Shown piece after piece: positions 19,701 to 28,492 of a DNA stretch of 64,000 nt. A model generated the notes under the pieces. That model was not told the origin of the DNA. It saw only the letters and a list, made by a program, of their open reading frames with translations, and did not search any database. The position numbers and the translations under genes are program-made. The DNA comes from Planctomycetota bacterium (GTDB taxonomy: Bacteria > Planctomycetota > Brocadiia > JAADGH01): assembly GCA_040755855.1 (NCBI GenBank), contig JBFMAD010000001.1, positions 288,001-352,000 of the forward strand, in the 5' to 3' direction. Numbering within the stretch: the first letter of the stretch is position 1; each line of letters begins with the position of its first letter.

Positions 19701-20892
19701 CCTTCACGCTCGTGGATACCTCCGCCGCGACCTTCGCCTCCACCTCCTCGGCGGAGAGTTTGATCTCGAACGGCCGCTTCAGATACTTGAACGCCAGCAG
19801 CGCGTCCTGCGCCTTCTGCGTGATCTGCTGCGGCAGGTCGCGCACGTCAATCTGCGAGATGTCCTTCACGTCCGTCGCCTCGATCTGGACCCCCTTCGCC
19901 GCCGTGACGGCGATGAACCCCTTCTCGCGGGCCACGTCCATCACCTCGATCTTCGGCACGTCGAAGACGACCGGGATCTTCTCCAGCACCCGCTCGATCT
20001 TCAGCATGATCTGGTGCGCGTCCTTCACCTCGCCGATGAGATCAATCTTCAGAATCTTCTCGCCGGTCTTCTCCTCGATGTCCCACGACCGAATCTCCTT
20101 CCCGTCAAGGCTCAGCAGGCTGCAGTCCTTCGGCAGCTTCACCGCAAACTTGTTCACCTTGCCTTGGAGGACGGCGTAGTCCACTGTGCTGTCCACGCGG
20201 AGGACGCCGCGGCCCACCTCCATCACCGCCATCTGGTCGGCGAAGACGATCGCCTCCAGCTCGCGCTCGGGGGCCTTCGGAATCCACTTGAGGACGACCA
20301 GCTCAGACGTGCCGCCATAGACCGTCACCAGGCACTCCTTCTCGCCCAGTTGCTTCGTCTCGAAACTCACCTCCGGCTCGGTCGTCACCTCCACATCGGG
20401 CAGCGGCAGCGACAGCTCGACCACCGACTTCACCGCCGGCGCCAGAGGGAGGGTGATGCTCTTCTCGCTCTTCACCTCCTTGATGCGCTGGACGAACTCG
20501 ATGGCGATGTCATACTTGCCCTTGTTCTCAATGAGCAGGTCCACGCTGTCGCCGCTGCGAACGAGATGGACCCCCTTGCTGAAGAGGCCGCCGCTCACCG
20601 ACAGCTTCGAGATCGAGATGTCGCCGATGAGCAGGCGCACCTGCTGCTTGCGATCCTCCAGGACCTCAATCTTGAGCTGCATGTCGAACTTGGCGACCTT
20701 CTCCACCACCTTGCCCTTCGCCGTCATCTCGCTGATGACATAGTCCAGGGTCGGACTCGGGGGCGGCACGGGGATGATCTTCGGGACGGGTTCCTTTCCC
20801 TTCACCTCGATCTTCACCGGCTCCGCCGCCCACACGCACTGGAACACGATCAGCAGCATCACCACGGCCCACAACACTCGATTCGGCCTCAT
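16783..20892 (-). CDS. Giant uncharacterised membrane-anchored protein B (signal peptide, ~170-aa beta-rich repeats, 3 C-terminal TMs, acidic tail)
   Basis: About 1369 aa from ATG 20892 (GGAGG RBS); repeated ERGF(L/I)xV..IDVxELP..LA(F/Y)xY modules. Confidence 0.9.
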   Translation of the reverse strand: MRPNRVLWAVVMLLIVFQCVWAAEPVKIEVKGKEPVPKIIPVPPPSPTLDYVISEMTAKGKVVEKVAKFDMQLKIEVLEDRKQQVRLLIGDISISKLSVSGGLFSKGVHLVRSGDSVDLLIENKGKYDIAIEFVQRIKEVKSEKSITLPLAPAVKSVVELSLPLPDVEVTTEPEVSFETKQLGEKECLVTVYGGTSELVVLKWIPKAPERELEAIVFADQMAVMEVGRGVLRVDSTVDYAVLQGKVNKFAVKLPKDCSLLSLDGKEIRSWDIEEKTGEKILKIDLIGEVKDAHQIMLKIERVLEKIPVVFDVPKIEVMDVAREKGFIAVTAAKGVQIEATDVKDISQIDVRDLPQQITQKAQDALLAFKYLKRPFEIKLSAEEVEAKVAAEVSTSVKASLDSLRLSSTIQYQIRDAGVFHLKVQLAEGLKLIDVKGENINNWELDPATKILKIDLRSKAEGSYSLGLETEMELKQTQRVVIPSIQLVEVERERGFLTMSAVPGIRVETVDVKGASQIDVKELPPEVLQACHGSADLAFRYIKPGYQITVNISEIQPEVEAEIRNLVTIDEKEMNLTTEILYKIRKAGVFQLKVKIPKDLRRQDVVGDDIDEQSWDEASETLTISLKNKVEGEYQLKIEAQKTLEDITKGLDIPVLSALDVKKERGFLAVKTKTSIRLKPAEGKMKGLDDIDITELPWDVQIGGGTVALAYKYFAPPWTLGLSVEQVPSRVIAEAFNFVSIGEKLVQVSATVKYSILHAGVETFKVKMPEGAENVDINGEAIRHKDEDKEKKVWTVTLQAKKTGEYRLFFTFQIKIPKEQTKFEYAGVQALDVERDTGYIAIAARSDVEIEPDMDATKKLTPIDEREIPEEYKVGITIPILAAYRYLEHPYTAALAASVHDPAEVTVAIIETCKLETTVTKIGETITDFVCDVRNSREQYLELQLPEDARIDHAFVGAEPVTPLQERRPKPGAKPIAEEKPAAAAAEKEARTAAAPAEPPASLPKYRDEDTIIVTMIPIARAGKSDDAFEVRLRYRSKRGELGLFGTIDLTCPRINIGIMRLGWEVALPSGYSIISDSGNMDQVEGTYEFESQLRSLDADVTVSQMKRVSVNAPAQAGGELAKNLQAISNVNVETQLEQRAAGQGGKQGASRRSIYTGQRPDLPNKYYFQSLIVSPEEPGRIYARYIKGNVTLPFYGVVGVLVLVGCFFAWRAMSFPQLGRFGILLAAAVVVLMLRTLAAGAFEGLLNVVMGSILIFDAGALLLILGNALQKWQATRPPRSPSGPARFSSGGPSPSNSDRPTNVSRQDLMPRGQKESEPQPPTLPEKPDKEDPRSAVMPRQKEGPRDEPESTDKEKALDEEDEDEEKDKQ

Positions 20893-20944
20893 CTCTAACC
20901 CTCCAAAGTGGTCCATAATGCGGTATCTCTTTCTTCCTCTTTCT

Positions 20945-21015
20945 TGTAGGAGGGGAATCCTTTCCCCGACTCTTCGTTGCGCCGTAACGGTCGGGGATGG
21001 GAATCCCCTCCTACA
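20945..21015. repeat. GTAG-type REP doublet (REPIN-like)
   Basis: TGTAGGAGGGGAATCCTTTCCCCGAC and inverted GTCGGGGATGGGAATCCCCTCCTACA separated by 19 bp. Confidence 0.8.
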
Positions 21016-21019
21016 GTTG

Positions 21020-21048
21020 TTAGACGGACGTTCCCGCCCGAAGTTTCA
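21020..21048 (-). promoter_or_regulatory. ECF-sigma-type promoter upstream of giant protein B
   Basis: TGAAAC-N16-CGTCTAA on the minus strand; it overlaps the stop codon of protein A. Confidence 0.65.
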
Positions 21049-24000
21049 CAAGCATCCGAATCGCAAGAATAATCATCGCCAGCGTCAGCGCGCACACGGC
21101 AATGACATAATACGCATCGCTCGCGGGCGTGGCCATCGTCGTCCGGGCCAGCGCCGCCATCATCAGGCCGACGAAACTTGCGACCAGCATCACCCCCGTC
21201 CGCCGCCAGCCGATCCCCAGCGCCGCCCCGAGGATCACAATGGCGATCACCCCTTGCAGGCACAGGGCCGCGCCGGTGCGGATGCAACTGATCCGGATCG
21301 TCCCCTGCACGTCGCCCGCCAGGGGCATCTGGAACTTGTAGGGCACGGTCCCCGCCGTGGGCACCGTCAGCTCGATCGGCAGGGCCCCCTTCGCCTGGCC
21401 GCCGACGACCTTGGTCAGGAGCGTCGCGCCCTCGCCTTCGCGCTGCATGTCGGTCTGTTGCTGGATCGCCTGGGCCAGCGTCCCCACGCCGGTCGCCGCG
21501 GCGGTGCTCGCCGCCGCCAGCCGGGTCGTCGAGGCGGAGATCATGTTGGCGACGCTTCGGCTGCGCCACCAGCCCACGTCCACGCCGCTGTCCTTCACGC
21601 GCTGGAGGACGCCCCGCGCCTCGCCCCATTTGCCCGCATCGAAGAGCGTCTTGCCCTCGTCGTAGAGTTTGAGCATCTCGGTTTTCTTCACGATCTCCGC
21701 CGCGTCGGCGGGCTTGCTCTCCGGCTCGGCCGCAGGGGTCTCGGCGGGAGGCCGAGCCGCGGGCTTCGCCGGAGCGACGATGCCCGGCGGGGGCGGCGCC
21801 AAGGGAACGGCCTGTGTCGCCCTCGCTTCCTTTTCCTTCATCACCTCCGCCTTGGCCTCCTCGGGCTTGGCCGTCTCTGAGCCAACTGCCCCTCCTACCA
21901 CGCGCTGGCGACGCATGTCGTCGAGGACCTTTCGCGCCTCGTCGTGCTTGCCCTCTGCGCGGAGTTTACGGTAATGCTCGACGGCGGCGCGAACGTCCGC
22001 CGCGCGCTCCTCGACGACTTGCACCGCTTCGCCGGTGGCGGGTCCGCGCGCCCCGGCGGGCTGGCCTTGTCCCTGTTCGCCCCCGACTCGCCCACGAACC
22101 GGCGCATCTTTGGGCACCTGCACTGCCAGCATATCCCCCACTTGTGGCTCCGCCTGCTGCTTCGTCAGCTCCTGGGCCTGCTGCATCTGTGCGCCGGCGA
22201 CGGCCGCCATGCCCTTCACGCGGTCGAGGCGCTGCTGCACCTGGACATTGCTCGCGTCGAGCTGCTGGGCCGTCTCCAGGTCGCGCTGGGCCTCGTTCAG
22301 GCGGCCCTGCTTTTCGAATGAAGCGGCCCGGTTGAGCAACTGATCGGCCTCGACCTGTTGAATCTTCTTCTTCTCGTCCTGTTGCATCTCCGACTGCGAC
22401 TTCTTCTTGTTCCGGAGGAGGAGCTGCTGGGGCGCCTGCTGCTGCGCGGCCTGAAGCGAATCCTCAACCCCCTCCGTGCTTGACGGCTTGCCCTGGATGT
22501 CCTTGGCACGTTTTCCGCCGACCTCGTCATCAACTACGGCCAGCTCGGTCGCGGCGGCCTTGGCCATATTCTTGTCCCTGTCATATTTATCCGCACCGGC
22601 CCGCCCATCCCGCTCGACCAGCGCCTTCTCGTGCATCTCTCTCGCGCGCTCGGAGGTGTAACGGGTCTTGGCTTTGGCTCCACCGTCATACTCGGGATAC
22701 TCCACGTCCGTAATTCGCGATGGCGCCTTCTGCTGCCGGACGCCGATCTCCTCCATCTCCTGGGGCGCGGTCGCTGCTTGAGGGGCGGCGGCGGGCATGG
22801 CCTTCCTGCTTTCCATGCGCCAGCCGTATGCGTCTTTAGCGGGTTCGCGTTTGGCTGGGGACGGCACAAATTTGGTTTGGAGCCTGTCCTCCGCCTCCAT
22901 GGGCATCCTTTCCATGTCCGCCCCAGGCTTACTCCGCATCATCGTCGGCATGAGGATGGATGCGAGGATGAACGCGAGCAGGAGGATAATCGTCGCGCTG
23001 ACGAATATACGCGCCAGCGACGAGCGCAGGCCCGCCCTGAGCCAGAGCCAGACCACTGCAAAGACAACGATGAGCACAATAGCGACGGGGAAGAGCAATC
23101 CCTTCAGGAGATTCAACCCGATCCCCAAGAGTGCCTGGATGTACGACCAAATGATCGCCACCAGGCTGACGTCCGGTGTGGCGGGAATCTGCATCTCCAT
23201 GTTGCCGCTCGTGCCGCGAATCTGGTAGTCGCGCGGGAAGAAGACGTCCCACTGCACCTTGCCGACGGAGACGTCCGGGTCGGGCGTGATGAAGTCAATG
23301 GTCCTCATCACGCCGAGCGTCGGGAGCGGATTGGCCCAGATGACGCTGACGTCGAAGGACCTGTCGGCGCCGCCCTTGCTCATGATGGGGATGAGGATCG
23401 CCCCGTCGCCTGTCTTGTTGGATTTCACCGGCTCGCCGCGGATGTAGGTCCCCCACAGGTCCGCGCCCTTGCCGAGGTCCAGCTTCAGGAACTGCTTGCG
23501 GGAGTTCTGGACCTTGAAGGTGAGGTAGTTCACCGCCTGGCCCTGGGGCTTGACGATGGTCTTGATGATGCACTCCTCGGCGCGGGCCTTGGCGACCTCC
23601 GCGCGGGCAAGGCTGGTGACGTCGAAGTCCAGCTCGCGCTTGGGGTCGGTGAAGCGATAGGAGCGAACGATGGGGATCGTGACGCGGCTGACGAAGTCTG
23701 GCGGCAGGGCCGACTCGTCCACCGGCGTCACGGAGCGGACGGGGCGCATCTTGATCTCCGCGTCGCTCCTGGCCTGAGCGACGACGATGAATCCCTGGAC
23801 CCGCTCGGCCCTGGGGAGGGTGATGCCGGTGAAGTTGAGCTGCCCCGACGCGCCGCTGATGGCCTGCTCGTAGTTGACCCAGACGACGAGTTGGCCCTTC
23901 ATCTTGTTGCGGAGGGTGATGTGCCACGTGCCGTTGATGAACTCGCTGGTCTTGATCTCGTCGCCGTCCACGGTGGAGTTGACGGCCTTCGGAGGCAGGA

Positions 24001-26272
24001 CGATCTGGAGGTCCTTGATCTCGGCCTTCTTGATGTCGAGGTGGACCTCCTCGACGGCGGTCATGAGGCCGGACTGGAAGCGCAAGAGAGAGAAGATCTC
24101 CGCCGTGAGCTGCGGCTGGAGCACGGCGGTCCGCAGGCGGAGGGCCCAGTCGGCGCGGGAGTAGGTGTAGGCCATGTTCATCTCGGGGAAGCCCTTGTAG
24201 AAGGGGGGCATGGCGCCGACGCCGAGCTTTCGCAATCCCGAATTTTCGCCTTCGCGGAGTTCGACGCTCGCGCGCGGCCCGACGCCGAGCCAGCCCTCCA
24301 GTTTCTTTGTGCCGATGAACTCGATCCCGCCGAGGGGGATGTCGGCGGCGAGGTCCTCGATCCGCCGTTCGGCGAAGACCTGGAATGCGTAGCCGCCGCG
24401 CACCTCCGCCGCCAGGTCAACCCAGACCTCGCGGGAATCGGCCTTGAAGGCCCAGTCGGCGATGGCCTGGCCGCGCACCTCGGTGACGGTCATGTTGGCG
24501 GGGATGCGCAGGCGGAAGTTGAACATGCCGGCGCGCTCGACCTCGATGGCGAAGAGGGCCTCCTGGCGGACCCAGTATTCCTCGATGGCGATGTATTCGT
24601 ATTCCTTGGCCGTGATCTCCGGCTCGATCTTGATCGTCTTGACGGAGAGCGTGCCGCCGGGCTGGTCGTAGGTGTAGGCGATCTTGCAGCCGCGCTGAAC
24701 GAGCCACGGGGGCAACTGGCTGACGTCAATCTGCCGGGTCTTTGCGGCGGAGTGGTGCTGCAGGGTGACGTCGGGGCCGACGGAGACGCCGATGACGCCG
24801 CGCTCGGATTCGGCGCCCATCGTCTCGATGCGGGGGATGACGACGCCGTTGATCTCGACCAGGTTCATCTGCGCGACGACCATGAGGGCGTAGGGACCGA
24901 TGGCCTTCTCCCGCGTGCGGATGGCGAGGATGTCGTTCTTGACTTCGTAGTCCAGAAGTTCGATCTTCACGCCGTGGGGCAGGCCGTTGGGGGTAACGGG
25001 CGGTCGGACACGCAACTGCGTTTCGGTCAGGATGGGGACGATCTTGCCGCCCTTGACCTCGAGGACGGAGAGGCCCTTGTGCAGCTTGAGGCGGAATTCA
25101 TAGACGCCGATGTCGCGGATGTCGTAGGTGAAGTTCGACTGGATGGTGACGACGCCGCGCTCCAGCTCGACATGGCTCTCGCACGTCGCAGTGATCTTGG
25201 GTTTTGCCCTTTCCACGCCGACGGTGATTTCGGCGGGGAGGCTGTCATAGGCATAGGCGAGGAGGACGGGTCGGCGTCGGTCGCGGAGTTCGGGCGTGAT
25301 GTCCGCCTGGCGGGCGTTGATGGCGGCGCGGTGGCGGAGCATGAGACCCTCCTCGGCGAGCATGGAGATGGCCCCGCGCTGGCGGCCGGCCTCGACGGAG
25401 GCGATGGGTTCGATCTTGACCGCAGCGGGCACGGAGGGGGCGGGCTCCTCCGTTTCCAGATGGAGGGCGAAAGAATTTTCGACCTCGCGCTTGAGTTTGA
25501 TCTCCACCGCCTGCTGGACGGCGGTCCATTTCTCGACGAGATCGCCGGTGAGGTCTCGGAGGGCGACGTCCTTCGGGAGGCGGAGGGAGAGGGCGCTGAC
25601 CTTGCCCCGCGTGACGGTGTAGTTGAGTGTGGTTGCGCGGCGGACGAGTCCGTCGCTGAAGGTGATGAAGGATTGCTCCTGCGCGACGACGACGGCCTCG
25701 AGTTCCTTCGCGAGGGCCATCGGATACCATTCCAATTCGACGCTGCGCAACGCCGGCGGATAGAGCCGGGCAGTGGTGGCGGTTTTTGTCTCGCGGGTGA
25801 TCTCGATGGGCAGTTCGGGCTTGGCGACGATCTTGAGGTCCGCTTCGGGGATGTCGAGGGTCAGTTCGTTCCTGGAGGCGATGGGGAAGGGGATGACGGC
25901 CCGCGCGGTGCGGCCGCTGCGGTCAATCTTGACAACGAACTTGACCTTGATCTCGTAATTTCCCTTCTCCTCAACGATCGCTTCACATCCGGCGGGGGAG
26001 CGGCGGAGGAAAAATTTCGCCGTGGAGATAGGAACTTTGTTCGTGCTGAAGTCAATGACGGCGGTGTCGGCCGGGAGGAGGGGCACGGCGGTCAGGCCCT
26101 TTTCGAGAAGCTCTACCTTGTAGGCGGCGTCAATGTCGAATTTTTTCTTGTCGGCCTGAGCGGTGTAGGTGGTCTCGTGAATAATGTATCGCGGGACCCC
26201 ATCGGCCAGGGCGATGGTGGGCACGGCCACGACGAACAGGAAGAGGAACGGAAGCAATTTGCGCGCAGACAT
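21020..26272 (-). CDS. Giant uncharacterised membrane-anchored protein A (paralog of B; repeats, internal TMs, TPR-like/low-complexity insert, C-terminal TMs)
   Basis: About 1750 aa from ATG 26272 (GGAGG RBS); same repeat modules as protein B. Confidence 0.9.
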   Translation of the reverse strand: MSARKLLPFLFLFVVAVPTIALADGVPRYIIHETTYTAQADKKKFDIDAAYKVELLEKGLTAVPLLPADTAVIDFSTNKVPISTAKFFLRRSPAGCEAIVEEKGNYEIKVKFVVKIDRSGRTARAVIPFPIASRNELTLDIPEADLKIVAKPELPIEITRETKTATTARLYPPALRSVELEWYPMALAKELEAVVVAQEQSFITFSDGLVRRATTLNYTVTRGKVSALSLRLPKDVALRDLTGDLVEKWTAVQQAVEIKLKREVENSFALHLETEEPAPSVPAAVKIEPIASVEAGRQRGAISMLAEEGLMLRHRAAINARQADITPELRDRRRPVLLAYAYDSLPAEITVGVERAKPKITATCESHVELERGVVTIQSNFTYDIRDIGVYEFRLKLHKGLSVLEVKGGKIVPILTETQLRVRPPVTPNGLPHGVKIELLDYEVKNDILAIRTREKAIGPYALMVVAQMNLVEINGVVIPRIETMGAESERGVIGVSVGPDVTLQHHSAAKTRQIDVSQLPPWLVQRGCKIAYTYDQPGGTLSVKTIKIEPEITAKEYEYIAIEEYWVRQEALFAIEVERAGMFNFRLRIPANMTVTEVRGQAIADWAFKADSREVWVDLAAEVRGGYAFQVFAERRIEDLAADIPLGGIEFIGTKKLEGWLGVGPRASVELREGENSGLRKLGVGAMPPFYKGFPEMNMAYTYSRADWALRLRTAVLQPQLTAEIFSLLRFQSGLMTAVEEVHLDIKKAEIKDLQIVLPPKAVNSTVDGDEIKTSEFINGTWHITLRNKMKGQLVVWVNYEQAISGASGQLNFTGITLPRAERVQGFIVVAQARSDAEIKMRPVRSVTPVDESALPPDFVSRVTIPIVRSYRFTDPKRELDFDVTSLARAEVAKARAEECIIKTIVKPQGQAVNYLTFKVQNSRKQFLKLDLGKGADLWGTYIRGEPVKSNKTGDGAILIPIMSKGGADRSFDVSVIWANPLPTLGVMRTIDFITPDPDVSVGKVQWDVFFPRDYQIRGTSGNMEMQIPATPDVSLVAIIWSYIQALLGIGLNLLKGLLFPVAIVLIVVFAVVWLWLRAGLRSSLARIFVSATIILLLAFILASILMPTMMRSKPGADMERMPMEAEDRLQTKFVPSPAKREPAKDAYGWRMESRKAMPAAAPQAATAPQEMEEIGVRQQKAPSRITDVEYPEYDGGAKAKTRYTSERAREMHEKALVERDGRAGADKYDRDKNMAKAAATELAVVDDEVGGKRAKDIQGKPSSTEGVEDSLQAAQQQAPQQLLLRNKKKSQSEMQQDEKKKIQQVEADQLLNRAASFEKQGRLNEAQRDLETAQQLDASNVQVQQRLDRVKGMAAVAGAQMQQAQELTKQQAEPQVGDMLAVQVPKDAPVRGRVGGEQGQGQPAGARGPATGEAVQVVEERAADVRAAVEHYRKLRAEGKHDEARKVLDDMRRQRVVGGAVGSETAKPEEAKAEVMKEKEARATQAVPLAPPPPGIVAPAKPAARPPAETPAAEPESKPADAAEIVKKTEMLKLYDEGKTLFDAGKWGEARGVLQRVKDSGVDVGWWRSRSVANMISASTTRLAAASTAAATGVGTLAQAIQQQTDMQREGEGATLLTKVVGGQAKGALPIELTVPTAGTVPYKFQMPLAGDVQGTIRISCIRTGAALCLQGVIAIVILGAALGIGWRRTGVMLVASFVGLMMAALARTTMATPASDAYYVIAVCALTLAMIILAIRMLVKLRAGTSV

Positions 26273-26306
26273 CGTATAGCCTCCCAATTAGGATTCATGC
26301 ACCCTT

Positions 26307-26334
26307 TTAGACGCGACACGAGGCGGAAGGTTCC
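26307..26334 (-). promoter_or_regulatory. ECF-sigma-type promoter upstream of giant protein A
   Basis: GGAAC-N16-CGTCTAA on the minus strand, 35 bp before the start codon. Confidence 0.7.
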
Positions 26335-26474
26335 CTCCAAGCGCAAAAAATCTACACATAATTGACAGTAAAATCGTTTTTATTGTACATCAGACGGGCC
26401 GAAAATAAAAGCAGAAATAGGCCGGATGAGTAATGGTTCAGTGACGGGGGGAAATCGCGCCGCAGGCGTACATC

Positions 26475-26553
26475 GTCATTCCCGCGAAAGCGGGAATCCA
26501 CATGTGGTGGCACGATCCCCGAAGCCCTGGATTCCCGCCTTCGCGGGAATGAC
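26475..26553. repeat. ATTCCC-N8-GGGAAT (dRS3-like) REP doublet
   Basis: GTCATTCCCGCGAAAGCGGGAATCCA ... TGGATTCCCGCCTTCGCGGGAATGAC. Confidence 0.9.
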
Positions 26554-26675
26554 ACTCGCTCCCCCCCGTAACTGAGGGGCTACCCAGACGAAGGGTGGTG
26601 GTTGACTTCGACAGAACGGTGTGATAGGGTAGGGAAGCGTTTCTAAATCACGTAGTTACACGGAAAGGTCCTTGG

Positions 26676-27716
26676 ATGGCAGAAGAACTGAAAATGGGGG
26701 TCCTTGGTGTGGGCGGCATCGCCCAGATTGCCCATCTGCCTGCCCTGCGTAAGGCGGCGAATGTGCGACTGACGGCGATCTGCGATGCGGCGCAGGATCT
26801 CTTGGAGAAGATTGGGCGGCAGTACGATGTCAAATCGCGCTACACCGATCACCGGAAGTTCCTCGACGAGGCGGACATAGACGCCGTGCTCATCCCCGTG
26901 GCGCACGCCTACCACGCGCCGCTCTCCATTGACGCCATGCGGGCCGGAAAGCATGTCCTGGTCGAGAAGCCGATGGCCGTGACGCTGGAGGAGTGCCGCC
27001 GGATGGTGCAGGTGAGCAAGGAGACGGGCAGGCAGCTCCAGGTGGCGTGCATGAAGCGCTACGACCCGGGCCTGCAGTTCGCGCAGCGTTTCGTCCGCGA
27101 GGAGATGGGCGAGCGCCTGTCGGTGAGCGGGTGGTACTGCGACTCGGTGTATCACATGCAGTATGTGACGAGTCTCTCCGGTCCGCGCGAGGCGAGCACG
27201 ATGCAGCGCCGCCCGACGGATCGGATCGAGGACCTCCACCTCAACATGGTGCTCGGTCATGGGGTTCATCTGGTGGACACGCTCCGGTTCTTCGGCGGCG
27301 ACATCGTGGCCGTGACGACGGAGAAGACCCAAAAGGACCATGACATCGTCTCGGTCAGCCTGCTGGAGTTCGCCGACGGGGCGCGGGGAACGGCGCAGCT
27401 CATGGTGCGCGTGCGCATGGACTGGTGCGAGGGGCTGATGGTGCACGGCGTGGGCGGGAGCGTCATGGCCCGGATTCCATTTCCTTATCGTTATGTGGGA
27501 AGCGACGTCAGCGTTTTCGACGCGAAGCGGCAGGAGTACCGGACGCCGCCGACGCCGGATGCGGACCCATACGAGCGGCAGCTCGAGGGCTTTGCCGCGG
27601 CGATCCTCGAAGGGCGGCAGGTCGCGCCGAACGCGGAGGACGGTCTGGCCGACCAGCGGGTGATCCTGGGGATGCACGAATCGCAGAAACTGGGCAGGAG
27701 AGTCGTGACGACGTGA
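26676..27716 (+). CDS. Gfo/Idh/MocA family oxidoreductase
   Basis: GVLGVGGIA, AGKHVLVEKP, HGVHLVD. Confidence 0.93.
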   Translation: MAEELKMGVLGVGGIAQIAHLPALRKAANVRLTAICDAAQDLLEKIGRQYDVKSRYTDHRKFLDEADIDAVLIPVAHAYHAPLSIDAMRAGKHVLVEKPMAVTLEECRRMVQVSKETGRQLQVACMKRYDPGLQFAQRFVREEMGERLSVSGWYCDSVYHMQYVTSLSGPREASTMQRRPTDRIEDLHLNMVLGHGVHLVDTLRFFGGDIVAVTTEKTQKDHDIVSVSLLEFADGARGTAQLMVRVRMDWCEGLMVHGVGGSVMARIPFPYRYVGSDVSVFDAKRQEYRTPPTPDADPYERQLEGFAAAILEGRQVAPNAEDGLADQRVILGMHESQKLGRRVVTT

Positions 27717-28492
27717 TCGAGGGGAAGCTCGGCCTTGTGCCCTACACGAACGCCAAGCCGTTGCAGTTCGGCCTGCGCGAGGCCCTGCCGGAGGGATCGG
27801 CGATCGAGGCGCCGCCGTCGGTGCTGGCGGAGATGCTGAGGGAGGGAAGCATCGTCGCCGCATTGGTCTCATCCTTTGCCTGCTTCGAACGGAAGGGCCT
27901 GCGCATCGTGCCGGAGATTTGCGTGGCGTCGGACGGGCCGGTGCAGAGTGTAAAGGTGTTCTTTCCCGACTCGATCTCCGACGCCAATCGCATCGGCCTG
28001 CATACCGCATCGCTCAGCTCGGCGGCGCTGGCGCGGATCGTCTTTCGGGAGCGGCTCGGCATTGACCCGGAGTTTGTCCCCTGGTCGCCGGACGACCCGG
28101 GCGCGGACGTGGACGGCTACCTCCTGATCGGCGACGCCGCCATGACTCACCCCGCCATGCCGATCATGCTCGATCTGGGCGAGGAGTGGCGCACGCTCAC
28201 CGGGCTGCCGTTTGTGTACGCCTTGTGGGGCGTTAACGCAAAGGGAAGCGCGTCGGAGCTTTGTGAACTGCTGCGCGACGCCAAGCGCCGCGGCCTGGAG
28301 AACATCGAGTCCATCGCAAAGTCGGAGAGCGAGCGGCTTGGCCTGGACCCGGAGGTGTGCTTGGACTACCTGAGCCGAGTCATCCATTACGATCTCGGCA
28401 AGCGGGAGGAGGAGGGGCTGAGGGCCTTTCTCGAAAAATGCAAAAAACATGGGCTTGTATCCGAAGGGGCGGAGATTGAGTTTGTCTCCTGA
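27713..28492 (+). CDS. mqnA: Chorismate dehydratase (futalosine pathway)
   Basis: GTG start overlapping the upstream TGA; VPYTNAKPL, ASDGPVQSV, LLIGDAAM, DLGEEWRTLTGLPFVYALW. Confidence 0.9.
   Translation: MIEGKLGLVPYTNAKPLQFGLREALPEGSAIEAPPSVLAEMLREGSIVAALVSSFACFERKGLRIVPEICVASDGPVQSVKVFFPDSISDANRIGLHTASLSSAALARIVFRERLGIDPEFVPWSPDDPGADVDGYLLIGDAAMTHPAMPIMLDLGEEWRTLTGLPFVYALWGVNAKGSASELCELLRDAKRRGLENIESIAKSESERLGLDPEVCLDYLSRVIHYDLGKREEEGLRAFLEKCKKHGLVSEGAEIEFVS

Noticed and set aside
18037..26365. Very long plus-strand ORFs (953 and 1244 aa) opposite the giant genes
   Set aside because: Antisense shadows expected from high-GC codon bias; no motifs or RBS.
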